64,000 bases of DNA from Amoebophrya sp. A120 (lineage: Eukaryota > Protista > Dinoflagellata). The position numbers and the translations under genes were made by a program. This document shows positions 12,901-26,200 of this stretch, piece by piece. The notes beneath the pieces are model-generated. The model did not search any database and was not told the DNA's origin. It saw only the letters and a list, made by a program, of their open reading frames with translations. The stretch covers positions 3,782,130 through 3,846,129 of the forward strand of contig CAJINV010000006.1 in NCBI GenBank assembly GCA_905178155.1, written 5' to 3'. Within the stretch, counting starts at the first letter, position 1, and the number at the start of each line of letters is the position of its first letter.

Positions 12901-14402
12901 TTTCATTGTAATAGGCAATATTACAATGAAAAAGGCCCCACCCCAGAACTTGGGAGCATTTGTATTGCAAACCTTTCCAAGTGAAACACTCGCCCTCTTG
13001 CATCTATCAGCATCACAGATTTTCAATCGCGAATAGCAAAAATTTGTATTGCAGAAGATCCCAGGAAGAGCGGCGCTTGTCATGCAGGCGATGCTACACA
13101 CGCCTAGACTCTGCATCAGAAAGAGTCATAGTCCTTTCACGCATGACAAAAAGCTTTCATTTGGAAACTTCGCATCACAAATTATTACAATTTTGGGGGT
13201 TGGGGCATTTTTCATTGTAATAGGCAATCGCCGGAATTTATCCCACGAAAAAACTGTTTCACTGTGGTGATTTTGCAAAATCTGCATCACAAGTTTGTTA
13301 AGTACGAATGACACTGAACATCTGTCATGCGGAGTTCCTAAGGGAAAACACAGCTAGAAATCCATTGTCTTGCATGCGTAGCATGACACACACTTCTGCG
13401 ATCCATTTTCTGCATCACAAGTTCACAGTGAAACAGTTTTTTCTTGCAATAGAATTTCATCGTCAACCCCCGGCACCGATGCGGAACTTCATCGTTTTCC
13501 TTATGACGTGCTCAAACGTTACAGTCTATTAAAACGTTACAATAAGCACCATCTGGATTTTGTCTTGCATAATGAGCATGACAGACTCGCAGACCGTGAG
13601 CGTTCCACTTTCTGCAATACAAATTTCGGAAGATTGTAGTTCGGTTTGGGAATCCGGAAATTGTCATGCGCAATCCGATAAGAGTTGGCTAGATCATGCA
13701 CTCTTGCATCACAGAGTATTTTCATATTTTATTGCAACGTTTGAGATTGTAACACCTGAGCGGGTTATAATCCTGTTCTTCGGTTTTTGTATCGTACACG
13801 AGGCGCCGTTCGCAGGTCAGCCCTTCGGGGTCTTTTCCCTTTTCGGCTGCAGGAGCGACGTAGTGGGGGAACAGGCCTTTGTTTAAATCGTACTTAGTGT
13901 TCTTTTTTAAAGGGCTGCCCCACTCGCCCGACGTCATCAGCGACCCCCCGCCAAGAACCGGGGCCAGGTTACCAGCGCCGGCGCCCTCGGCCTCGTCGGC
14001 TTCGCCCGCCTCGTCCCCACCACCACCTTCGCCGCAGCTTGAGGTTGCGCCCCCCGACTTTGCTGCTTCGCGTTCCGAACCGACCGGCACAAAGTAGGAT
14101 TCCTGCATGTGCTCGGACTCCGTCGCTTTTTCCAGCACGACGTGCGCCCCGAAGGAAAAGCCCACATTTTTGCTCAAGCTGTAGATGAACCAGCACCAGC
14201 ACATTTTTACCTGGAAAATAAAAGTGGAGTGTTTTTTTGGCGATGTTGACGCAGTAGAGGACGAGCTGGTAGAAGTTGTACTAGCAGCAGGCGTGATCAT
14301 GTTGATGGCACCACCGCGGACGAACAAGAAATCGCCTGTAGAAATAGCACCAGCGATCGGCCGCCGTGGCAACCGACAACTGAGCAGCGTCTGTCCTGTC
14401 AT
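6958..14402 (-). CDS. Cys-rich, probably secreted protein X1 with a Pro/Thr linker and a C-terminal CBM1-like Cys module; paralog of X2
   Basis: Exons align with X2 (ESYFVP.GSEREAA.SGG; TMKFRR; FLYKKTDLGW; KARNSFFAGSDHDYLRI). GT-AG intron 8303-11622 joins TCTPK to TIYYPTPTPSWPS in frame. The C-terminal module reads CCSAGLTCYNSNWQ..YAHCMPYC. Confidence 0.6.
8220..8290 (-). repeat. 21-bp coding minisatellite (PTPSWPS linker)
   Basis: About three copies of gacggcgtcggcgagggccac. Confidence 0.7.
8575..9524. mobile_element. Non-autonomous TIR element flanked by TA, with internal tandem repeats of about 185 bp
   Basis: TA|GTGAGGTCGCG at 8573 and CGTGACCTCAC|TA ending 9526. It sits inside GT-AG intron 8303-11622. 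Confidence 0.5.
9551..11541. mobile_element. Non-autonomous DNA transposon with TIRs of about 26 bp, an 8-bp TSD and GC-rich internal repeats
   Basis: cagaacggtacgcgctgaggcccaga versus tctgggcctcagcgcgtaccggtctc. TSD taaataaa at 9543-9550 and 11542-11549. Confidence 0.7.
12190..12395. mobile_element. Introner family C (TIR TATCAAAAGAAAAAAGTTCGTCAC), representative copy
   Basis: TSD gtacg. Reverse-orientation copies at 22289-22493 (aagaa) and 58895-59100 (caaac). Confidence 0.85.
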
Positions 14403-15710
14403 CCTTGCTGATGTGAGAGCTGGAGTTCTACTGCTTTTGAAATGATGTTGCGGACGGCGGGGGTGAAGTAGAAAAAGAATAAAGAAATTATAAAGTGGGA
14501 GAATAGAAATAATAAATCAGTCCTCGAGAAGGTGTCGAAAGCACTGGGAACTGAATTCTCTGTAGAGAGCATGCTTAGGATCTCAGTCTCACGTCCGCTA
14601 GTACCGGAGGTCATTTATAATTCAGAATCAAGATCAGAAGACGTAGGCAAGCTGGCTAAACATGCGACGAACGGAAATGTTTATCAAGTTTAGACACTCT
14701 TAGAAGTTCTTCTCTTGCACGAGATAAAAGACGACAAGCTCGCCGCAACGCGCACGGTTTGCTTTCATTGCACAGAACGATTAATAACTTCACGAAGTTA
14801 TGCCTTTGGAAATGATGGAAAGCAAAGTCATTGTTGTGTTTTACGAAAGACGAACGAGTTTTGGTAAGAGTAAAAAATGGACGAACGAAAAAGAGGTCAG
14901 GCGAGGACGACAATTATCGAATATCTACATTTTTTGACACACGACACTGACGAGGTCCTACAAAAAAATCGCGACACATCTAGCTCACCGTTGCAGTATA
15001 GGACTCTGACTCAAGGGAGGAGACCTGCGCCGATACAGAAACGCGGAGCAGAAAAAGATGCTTCCAGTAGGTACCAGTCTGCTAGCCCGGGGGGGAGACG
15101 GGAAAACTTACTACTTACAAATCGGGTGAAGAAGACGTAATTGTGTTGATGATTGTTCAACAGGGTTGGTTCTAGCTACGTTTCTTGATTCTGGAGGTTG
15201 GAACTTCAAAATGACATGGATTAACATTCTTGTTGTACTGGTAAAAACAAAACGAAAACGCAAGGAAAAAGGTTGGAAGAAAAATAAGTAAATGCAAAAA
15301 ATCACTCTGAAGCTGAACTACGAGTGTGGCAATGATGAGGGGGTGTTTGTGTTTGATGAAGTGCAGCAGCAGCTATACAAAACATTTAAATTTTCTTGTT
15401 GACGGTTACGGTGGAATTGGAAATGCTTATAGTGAAATACTTCTTATTGTTCCCTGCTATAAAGAGGTAGAGGTTGGAGAAACAAAGGAGCTTCGAAAGA
15501 AAGCCAATCATACGGGCTGCGGTGCATGCACCGTTGAACAGTAACAGTTCCAGTTGACGTTGAAATAGATGTACTTAAGTGTAATAGATACCAATAGTGC
15601 GAGCTGTTGCATCTTCATCATGCGCCGCAACATAATTCATGTGTACTTCATAGTACGTGGTTTTTGGAGAGGCGCCACTTACGATGGAGGTCCAAAATTT
15701 TCTTCCGCCC

Positions 15711-18700
15711 TCACACCAGCAGTACACCCTCCTGATTTTCCCCAGCCGCCGAGGACGCGACCAGTGGCGCAAGATGCGAAGCGTGCCGCTGTTGGTCCGT
15801 CTCGTCCGCACCAGTATCAGCTGCAGCTTTTTGTTCCGGGAGGCCAGCAGGAGCAATCATGCTGCCGGGCCCCTCGGAGGACGACAGCTGCCCTGGGACA
15901 GCAGGCGCTTCTTGAAGACCACGACGACCAGAGATGAGAGCAACATCTTCTTCCCCGTCGTTCGACTGCTGCAAAAAGGAGGTGGATGAAGTAGAAGAGC
16001 TACTGCCGAGCTCGTTGCATGCCGCCGCCGTCCAAAAACTGGAAGAACAAGACCTCAGGCAGAACGCGTGGTCGGAGGAGTCGGGATAATAACCATAGCA
16101 TTTCATACCGGAACTGCAGCAGTCTGGCGCCGAGGAGCATGGGTCGTTTTCTCCGAGCTGCTCCAAGCACCGTGGCGCTGTTACAGGTGCGGGACCCGGT
16201 GTGTGCTGCCAGTTCTCGTAGTGCCGTGACGGGGTCGGCGTGTTGTGCCAGTTGATGGCCTATCAAACGCAAATTTGTCTGGGTCTGGAAGACTGCAGTT
16301 TCTGTGTGGCCCAGATCGTCTCGTCTGGCATGAAAGCCTTCATCGCATCACAGGTTTATTGTTCGAGCTGCAGGTATCCCAAGAATTATGTTTGACCCGC
16401 ATGACAAATCTTTTCTTTCTGTGACAAGATTTGGGCGACTTTATTTGCTGACCCTGCAAGAACATGAGAGATTTTGGCATGCTGTAGAATTTGCATCACA
16501 AGTTTGCAGGTTTCCAGACCCAGACATAGTTGCAGTGCATATGCCATATGCACTGGACAACTGGCAGGAGGTATAGGACCAGATTGTCACTTCGCCGCCT
16601 TGACGCGGCCACTTCTCTGTCGGCAACCACACGATGCGGAGGTAGTCGTTGTCTGATCCGGCGAAAAAATTGTCACGGGCCTTCTATGCATTGCAAATTA
16701 AGTATCGTACTTAGTACAAATGGCATTGCAAATTTGTTCAGAAGGTAATGCGCGTTTGGCTAAGAAACGTGATTTGTCATGTATGATTGCAATTAGTACG
16801 AGTACGACACTTTTGCAGAGCATATCTGCGTCTCGTGGTCCGCATTAAACCAATCATGAGCATCGTAACACATTTCGTCATCTGGCTTTCTAGGGAAACG
16901 ACACTCAAAGAAGTTGAGTGTGGGCTTTCCATAATAAGCGTATGGAAGTACTAGCATCAGGACCGCGATCGGCAAAGTTGAAATAATCTGCAATGCATAA
17001 AAACGCGAGGCACAGAGGGCCTGTCTTGCATGGATGGCCACAAGTGGGGCTGATTGTAAGCCTGTTCTTCGGGCGGGCCTGACGAGAGTGATATGCATAT
17101 GGACGGAGCAGCTAAAGTAGCATTACAAAAACTGTCTTCCCTGGTGTCCAAACAGCATGGCGATAGTATATATAATAGGCGTCTAAGGCGGAGCAGCCTG
17201 CGGGCAACGCAGCCAAGCGCACCAGCGCGGGCCCCCGAAGGGCCCACGGCCGCGGCTTTTTCATCGCATTTAACAGCGCAGCTGCCGGGCTGCACTTCTA
17301 ACGCATTGCCAGCGGCTTTTTCGATTTCGAAAGCGGGGCCGACCGCAGGGGCGAGTCCGACAACAGCGAGCCCATGGAAAGCTCGCATACTAGATGGATA
17401 TCGATGCTGGCAAAATCTGTCATGCGCCACTTGGACGAAACTGGGATCCATTCGGTATCCATTTTAGGCCTGGTAAAATATAATCCCGTCATCTTCATCA
17501 ACTTTGTCAATTTATTCGATCCAGACGCGTCCATAACTTGCCGTCTTCCCCTTCCAAACCCGGGTTGTAGTCATGTATGAATAGCAAAAGTATAATCCGC
17601 ATCGTACTACAAAGTGGAAATTAAAATCGCATGACAAATTCCCTCAGCATGAAAAACGAAATTACAATTTTTCGCATTTGTAATTAAATTTGGATAGAAG
17701 GGTAAAGCTAAAGCATGACAACTACAATTAGAAATAGAAGTACGAGGACGATATCATTTTTACACAGGATATCATCGCATTTGTACTCAATGTCTGCCTT
17801 TGTGTCCGTCTCATCCCAACCGAGGTCCGTTTTCTTGTACAAGAAGTCAGCTTCTGCGGTTCTTTCGGCGCCCGGCCTGACGAAAAAAATGACTTTATCG
17901 CGAGAAACAAGTGAAAGTGCTGTTACAGTTCTTACACATCATTGTGCTGCAGTTGCAGCAGACCAAGCAAGACAGACATGATCTGTCATCGTCGATGCCG
18001 GATACGCATAATAGGAGCCCTGTTTTGTACGTGTTTCCCTTATGGTCTCTGCATTGCAAGTTTCCTCTGTCAACATGCCGGGCATCAAGTTTGCGCTGCT
18101 GATTCATTGTCCAACAAATGTGTATACTGTAGCGCGTTATCACTTTTTTTCCTTCTTGGATAGACTTTCAACTCCTTGCCCCATTCTCCGGGTCCGTCGC
18201 AATCTTGTTTAGGGCCACACTCCTCCTTGTTCGGCTTTCGTCGGAATTTCATGGTCGACCCATGGCACCGATGGGTTTCGGTTTTTTCGTACACCAGCTC
18301 GCGCGGCGTGCAGGTCAGGTCTTCGGATATGCATTGCAAATATGTCTGAGCAGAAGTCTGGAAGGTTGCTACTTGTAACGCGGATGCTGGAATAGCAATA
18401 GGCAAAAAGATAAAGAACAATTTGTATTGCATGAGCGCTGCCCACTTCTTGCTATGCAAATAGAGAACTGCTCAAGCAAGCTAGGCATCCAGATGCCAGC
18501 GCAAAATCTGTAATGCTGCTGCGTGCAATGGAGACGACCATTGGCGCGAACGTGATCGAAACGATGCATGCCAAACAAGTGCATTCTTGTTCCAGATCCA
18601 GACATATTATTTGCACTAGACATAATATGGGCGTCACCAGGTTCCACATATCCCATAAAGATGCCTCTGTCCACGTCGACGCCTCGCATGATGTCGTCCA

Positions 18701-19244
18701 CTTTACCGAGTGGGTACAACTTTTCCATGTGTGGAATGTCTGGAGGACTGAGTGCAGATTTCGACGCCGTCAAAAGCCCAGGAGCGATTCCGGTCCCGGC
18801 ACCTCCTCCCATCTGGTCGTCTTCGGTCGTTTCGGCTGGCCCCCCACCACAACCACCTTCGCCGCAGCTTGCGCCCCCCGAGTTTGCTGCTTCGCGTTCC
18901 GACCCGGGCGGCACGAAGTAGGATTCGTGTACAAAACTGGATACAACTCCGTGCTCCGGTTCTACTCCTGGATTTTTACCGGTGTCCACCTCGTGGTCCT
19001 CTGTCCCTCGTTTTACGACGTGCGCCGCGAAGGAAAAGCCGCCCGGATGAAAGGTGGAGCTGCATAACCAACAGCAGAGCTGGCAAAAATAACGCGAGCC
19101 TTTCCGTACAAGGCGCAGCCGTGGCGGAGCAGAAATAAATCTGCTAGTGCAGCTAGGGCTTTTTGCGACGCCACGACGGGACGAATCTTCTGTCGGCCGC
19201 CCTAGCAAACGAAAACTGCTAAGAGTCGTCCGTCCTGTCAACAT
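15711..19244 (-). CDS. Cys-rich, probably secreted protein X2; tandem paralog of X1
   Basis: Its N-terminal ORF resembles 13722-14402. Introners at 18328-18624, 17896-18162, 17576-17771, 16941-17535, 16685-16824 and 16261-16541. It ends with the module PDCCSSGMKCYGYYPDSSDHAFC. Confidence 0.6.
17167..17393 (+). mobile_element. Short Helitron-like insertion inside an introner
   Basis: Starts TATATATAA. Ends with hairpin gcgagc...gctcgc followed by ATACTAG. No TSD. It lengthens a family-E introner. Confidence 0.4.
17896..18162. mobile_element. Introner family I (TIR TATCSMRAGAAAAAAAGTG), representative copy
   Basis: TSD gactt. Other copies: 3660-3914, 13239-13451 (gaatt), 23289-23499 (aacta), 26465-26695 (tcgcc). 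Confidence 0.7.
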
Positions 19245-19670
19245 CCTTGCTAGTGCTGGGGTTGTGAACGAAGATTCTGGAATAACAATGATGCTCAGAA
19301 AGACGAGGGAAAAAACGAAGTTGTGGGACGACAGTTGTAAATGTAAACGAGAAGATGTTGAAAATAACGGGAGCTCCTGGATTCTTCTTCAACCACGTAA
19401 AAAATGCAACCTTCTGTGCTACCTGGAGGGTGGTCCTGTGACTGTGTGCATCCATCATCATGAGGGCTACGTTTAATGTCATCTTGTTCAACGATTCTAT
19501 TTTTCCTTTTATCTATCTGGCGCCGAAAATTATCTATAGCAGAATGTGTATTTCACGGCAGCTACAGATCGCTTTTTTGAAAGCAAGATCTTCAGAAAAC
19601 GTCGTAGGCGAGCAGGCTCCATAGTGCTCTGCTTCTTCTTGCGCACGAGATCTGGCAAGTGTGAGTGGGA

Positions 19671-19830
19671 AGCTTTACGAAAGACGAACGAGTTCTGGTC
19701 AGCTTTACGAAAGACGAACGAGTTCTGGTCAGCTTTACGAAAGACGAACGAGTTCTGGTTAGCTTTACGAAAGACGAACGAGTTCTGGTAAGTTTGAGTA
19801 AGAAGCTTTACGAAAGACGAACGAGTTCTG
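19671..19830. repeat. 30-bp tandem repeat (about 5 copies) upstream of X2
   Basis: agctttacgaaagacgaacgagttctggt at 19671, 19701, 19731, 19761 and about 19804. Confidence 0.9.
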
Positions 19831-20291
19831 GTACGTTTGAGTGGGTGAAGGACGATGTTGAAGGACCACGACGTTACATGTAGTTGACGTAGCAAGTTCA
19901 TATGGATAAGAAACGATAAAGTAGAAAACCACAAGAGTCAGTGGGTAAAGTGGACGTGGACACGAAAAATGATGTTTTCAAGAATGGATGCTGCGAGTTT
20001 CTACTGGCTGCTACATGTACATCGTAAGCACAACAAGAATTATCCATTCGCCCTTCGCGTCCTCAAAGTAGAGGTGGACCTCATCTCGTCCTCTCCCTGC
20101 AGTTTCGATCCTTATGCGCATCTACTTCATCTCCTCTGTCTACTACTGGTGCGGTAATATGATATAGCAGTCGTAGCGCTTTTATGATTCGATTTTTAAT
20201 TTTCATTATGAGAATTTTCAAAAAAAAATGCATAGAATGTAGAAGTCAGTAGAAAGACGAGGGTGGTCACCTGGGACTACACTACGTACTT

Positions 20292-23200
20292 CTAGTTCCC
20301 TTCATCCGGCGAACCTACATCTCCATCATCTCCAGCACACGAAGATGATCCACCTGCCCCCGACGACGAACCCCCGGGCGCGCAGGGCATTCCTGAAGTA
20401 GTAGAACTACTTCGACCAGCCACGACTCCGCTCAAATGATCCTGCTCGGGGCGCATATTTGCAGGAAATAAAAGTCGTGCTGTTTTATCTTCAACCTCGC
20501 CTTGTTCCGACGGAGGAGAAGTGTGACTGCTCGTCGGGTCGAAATCGAATCTAGTTGCAGTACTTCTATCCAGCACCACAGACACGGTATTTATGTCCAC
20601 CGCCTCACACTCCTCCTTTTCCTGCAGCACCAGGTTGAACCGCGTTCGGGGGACTTGGATGTGACTTATGATTTTATTTTTCACAGGCACCACGACGGGG
20701 GCAGTTGTCTCTTCATGGGTGGCTGTTGTGATGTTGGCGTTCGTCGTGCCAAGTAGAGCTTGTTCTTGTTGATCCTCAGCATTCATCTTGTGCTGATCTT
20801 GGTCCCCGCTTCTGGTCGTGTGGTCTACTTCAGGGAGCGGGATCTCCAGCGTCTCATGTTTCCAAAAGCACACCGTTCGAGAAGTCTTAGAAGTTGTCAT
20901 ACTCGTTGTACTATCAAATGCAAATATGTCTGGGTCTGGAAGTTTGCCAGGTTTGTCATGCAGATTTTTCATGACCCATGACGTCTGTAATGCATGAGGC
21001 CCTAGCATCACATTCACAGATTCTTACAGGGCTTCCTGATGCCTATTCCGCATGAGAAATGCCTATGTCCCCCCCGCGTGCCACAAACTGGACTCCTCTG
21101 GCTGGTCATGCAATACAGATTTCTTTGGAATCCAAACACAGCATCACAACAAGATTAGAATCTTCCAGGCCCAGTAGACATTTTTGCACTTGATAGGAGG
21201 TAGAGGAGGACAATGGAATCACTTTCACCGCCACAATGTCGTCTCTGGAGTAAGTTTTCTTGTTCGCTTGATGTTCCATTTTCATTTTGTCGTCCTGCTC
21301 CTCACGACGAGCTCGTCGTACAACTGCCGGATCTTCTTCTGGCAAAAAAATTCGCAGCTGCCTATTTTCCTCGTCGAACCAGCAATCAACGTCGCCCACC
21401 ACGTCGGTTCTCCGAAATGCGCCGTGCGTGCACCGTCTTTTTTTCTCCAACATCGTCCTGGAGGGGGTTGTATCAAATGTAAAAATGTCTGGGTCTGGAA
21501 GATTGCCAGGTTTGTCATGCACATTTTGCATGACTCCTGATGTCTGTGATGCATGTCCTAGCATCACAGATTTTGTGAGGGCTTCCTGATGCCTATACCG
21601 CATGACAAATGCTCTTTCCGTGTAGCAAAACTTGGACTCTCTTTGCTGCTCATGCAATACAGATTTTTTTAGAATCCAAAATCAGCATGACAAGTTGGAT
21701 TCTTCCAGACCAAGACATTCTTACAGTTGATAGGTTGCTCTGCTACTCTCAAGTGTAGTTTCCGAAGACGAGAGTAAAGGAACGTCGGCGCGGCCACCAG
21801 AGTCATGCATTGTATCTTCAGTACTACCTCCGGATCCGTTCTTCTTCCCACTTGATGTTCCGACGCGGTTCTTCGAGGACGTCGGCATGAGCCCCTCCTT
21901 CGTGTGCCCCACCTTGTTATCAGCTGCAAAAGTGTCTGGGTCTGGAAACTTGTAATGCTAAAAGTGGATGATCGCCGGACTGCAATATTACGCAGCCAGG
22001 CATGACAAATTTTTGAGCTACTATGTGCTGCGTATTCCGCATGAGAAACAACGTTTTTCCATGACAGATAGGAGAGCCTTTTCCGATGCCCCTATGCATC
22101 ACAGATTCCCGAGTCATATCAGACACGCATGACAAATGTAAGAATCTTCCAGACCCAGACACTTTTGCAACGCATACTTCTCCTGCGTCTGCACTTGCGA
22201 ACAAATGGTCTTCCGAACAAATGAAGCACTATTTGTTCTCGTCTCCACCTGAGAGGTAGTTGTAGAAGACCAGGAAGATGAAGAAGAATATGGAAAGAAA
22301 AAAGTTTGTCACAGTCACTAACTTGCAGGTTTTGCATTACAACTTTTTTAGCATCACAACTTCTCCTTGTATTGCAGAAACACTAGGGAGATCCCTTATG
22401 AAGTGTGGCTGTGATGCATTTTTACGCATGACAGACAATTTTGTATTGCAAAAATGCCCATGAGTGATCGTGACGAACTTTTTTCTTTTGATAAAGAAGG
22501 CGGTGTTACTACTACCACTTCGTCCTTCACCATGTAGGCCTTTTATTGTGAGGAAAAATCTCCCCTCCCCATACCAAAAAGCGACACTCCTGAAAATCTG
22601 TGTTGCGGATTTGTGACCACAGATCGTCTTTGTATTGCACGAGAGCAACGCCAGAGACTCCGCAGCGTTTTGCAGGCAATTTGTAATGCTGTATTGCCTG
22701 CAGAGGATACGCCTGCCTTGCTAGGCACCTACACCAAAACGCCGCTGCTCAGGCTGTGTGCCTGCCTGCAGGCCTCTGCTGCAAGACAAAGTCTATTTGT
22801 GTACAACACAAATCCCGCATCACAGATTTCCATTTTGATATGGGGAGGGGGGACTTTTCCTTTTGATACCTTTGGGTCATTAAACACGATCACATACTCG
22901 TCACTACGCTCGCCTCCGTACCCCTATGAAAGCGCACAACCTCCCCTCCCCCTCATTTGGATGGCATCTTCCGTAGCAACACAAGGCCTGGCACAGATGC
23001 AGCTTTTGCATGACAAATTTGCGACTGATTGTACGTAGTGCTGTTTCGGCCGCTTCAGGAATCTGTCATGCATAGTAGTGGCACAAGGCAGAGGGTGGAG
23101 TTGGTGTTTTGCATGACAAAAGAGGGGGACGAGGGGGAGTTGTGCACTGTCATAACCCCGTTTTGCCGCCCAGAATTCGGAGCTCTTGGCGGGACAACTC

Positions 23201-26200
23201 TGACTCGCACTCACGTGCGGGCTCGTCGCCTGCTCCGGGAAAGTCGTAGGGCAGCTGCGGGGGGGTGTAGTAAGCTTGAGATGAACTACATCCCACGAAA
23301 AAAGTGCTACAGTTACACACTTGTTGGAGTTTCTGCATCACAAATTTTCTCGGTGTGGCAGACAAAACTTGTAATGCAAAGATCATAAGGGAAAATGCGG
23401 AGGAAACGAGGCTCGCAAGCATTTCCTGCATGACAAAGGTTGTCTGTCTTGCGGCTCCTGCAACACAATGCGTAGCTGTAGCACTTTTTTCTCACGATAA
23501 ACTAGTCGGGGCCCGCCACGACGAACCGCCCCGCCCGCCCCGACCGGTATTAATATTAGATGAGAGCAACAAATTGTTGGTTCCATATTCGGAATAGTCC
23601 GCGTATTTGTAGGATAACGCTTCGCAAAAATTTTCCAGATTCAAGCCCGCGTGGTTGAACTTTATGGCGTTCTCAAATGTTACATTCTCAACAGTTACAC
23701 GATTTGCCATGCAAAATCACAATCAGAATTGACACGCTAAAGCTGCTTCGCATGACAATTTCTCTAAGCGTCAAACAGGCTGAGAATCTGGGCGGAATCT
23801 GTCATGCAAGACGCGCAAGGTCATCCCTTTCACTTTTGCCGTTCTTGCATGACAAATTTCATGTAACAGTTGAGAATGTAACGTTTGAGAACGCCATAAA
23901 CTTGCGGCAAAATTTGGGAAGTTCGTCCTCCTCCCTCCGGCCCAACAGGAGAGCGTATGGATGTGTCAGAGTTGAAATCGACAAAGTTGAAATAATTTGC
24001 CATGCATAAAATGGATGCCAGCTGGAACCCAGTTTCCAAGTGGCGCATGACAAATTTCGGCGGTCCCTAAATCCAGTTTGTCATGCTGTTTAGGCAAAGA
24101 AGAGCGATTTTCTGATGCTACTTTAGCAGCTCGAGCTGTAACCCCAAACAGGCTTACAATCGGCCTCACTTGCCTGCGCTGCAACACACGCGCCTCGGGT
24201 CAAGCATTTTATGCATTACAGATTATTTCAACTTTGACGATTTCAAACCTGACGCTTCCATAGAACGTACTTGCAGCAGATAATTCGCTGGTTGGAAACG
24301 CCGACGTCCCTCCCATTTTCCTGCATGAAGCTCTCCTTCAGCCGGAACCAGTCCGGGCTTGTCGGACTTTGGTCGCAGCCGCGCGTGCAGTCGCCGAGCT
24401 GGTCCGAAGTTATCTCGCCTGCAGTGACCAATCGCGATAAGTCGCTGTAGTACTGATGACAAGTCCCCCTGTCGAGGCAGTTATCAAATGTGAATATGTC
24501 TGGGTCCTCTGGAAGAGTCGGGGCTTGTCATGCACATTTTGAATGAAGACCCGTGAGGGCTGAGATGCTGACGCTAGCATCACAGATTTTTTGAGAGCTG
24601 CTTGATGCTAATTACGCATGAGAACTGACTCCTCTTGCTGCTCATGCAACGCAGATACTTTATTTCCAGACAGCATTACAAGTTCCACTCTTCCAGAGGA
24701 CCCAGACATTTTTACATTTGATAGCAGTTCGGGTTTCGCGAATCGTCGCGGACGTAGCTCGTGTCTGACGCATACCAGTACTCGTCCGCCAGGTTAAACA
24801 GAGAATGCGCCACCTCGTGGCCCGCGACTGGGCCAAGGTCCCTGGCAACCACCGCCGCGCCCATATTTCTATGGAAGCGTCAGCAACGAAAACGACAAAG
24901 TTGAAATGATTTGCCATGCAAAAAATGCAACGCATGAAATGCCCGTCTTGCCGGGATAGCAACCGCGGCCGGTTGTGAGCCTCTTTAGGGTCGTTTGGGA
25001 TAGAGCTGCTAAAGGAGCATGACAAAAGCAGTCTTCGACGCCCAAACAGCATGACAAATTGGATTCCGGTGCTCGGAAAATTTGTCATTCGCCGCTTGAT
25101 ATTTGGGCTTCCAACTGGTATCGGTCTCATGCATTTACAAATCTTAATCTTTTCAACTTTGACGATTTCGATCCTGGCGCTTCCATAATTGCCGGCCCCA
25201 CCGTAACGCGCCGGCTGCGAGTTGTGAATGATAAGGAAGGTCATGTGATACCCGTGGCCGCACTGCTCAAACGCGTGGGTTCGGTATTGCGCAATGTACC
25301 CGTTTATCCACCTGTGCAAATATCATATCTTCTGGGCGCCGTCTGGAAGATGTTGACTGCACGGTTTGATTTCAACATGCGAGTTAATATTTTCACTCTT
25401 TGGCGACCATCAGGTCTGGAGGAGTGTAGTGACTAGCATGATCATCTTCACAGAGTTTTATTCGAGGGTTCTTCGTCTTTCCTGATCATGCCTATTGTTC
25501 CACATCACGAGATAATAAAACCCTCCCCAAGTAGCACAAACTGGACTCCTGTTCTTCTTGCTGGTCAACACGCAATAAAAAAAATGCAGATTTTTTTTGA
25601 AAAAATAATTCAAAAACAGCATCACAAGTTGCAACTACAAGCTTCGTCCAGATGACCCAGAGATAATATTTTAATTTCCAATGCATACCGTTCGGGTATG
25701 ATTCTTCATATTTGTTTCGCGCGCCACAGCACAGCAGCCGGTCAAAATTGTAGCAGCCGTGATAGCAGCCAGACTGCGTGGAGTCGAAGGAAGGATGCTC
25801 ATTGTCCGGCGTTGACACATAGAAAACGTTCAAACCGGGGTTGTATGAAATGCAAACATGTCTGGGCCACCTAGAAGAAAAACGCAGGAGTTTGTCATGC
25901 TGATTTTGCATGACCGATGATGTCTGTGATGCAAGCCGTAGCATCACAGACTCTGCGAGGACTTTCTGATGCCGACACCGCATGCGAAGTGCCCTCTCCG
26001 CGTGCCAAGAGCTGGACTCTTCTTGCTGCTCATGCAACACAGATATTTTTAGAATCCGCAGACAGCATTACAAATTCCACTCTTCCAGACATCCAGGGAT
26101 ATTTGCAATGCATAGGTTGTCTGCGGCGTTGTAGATCTCCTCAAACGGGGCGGCCCGCAGGAGGTCGTACATGTAATAAGCCTGCCGCTCCCATTCGGCT

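Noticed and set aside
19671-19830. CRISPR array
   Set aside because: The units are contiguous with no unique spacers, there are no cas genes, and the context is eukaryotic.
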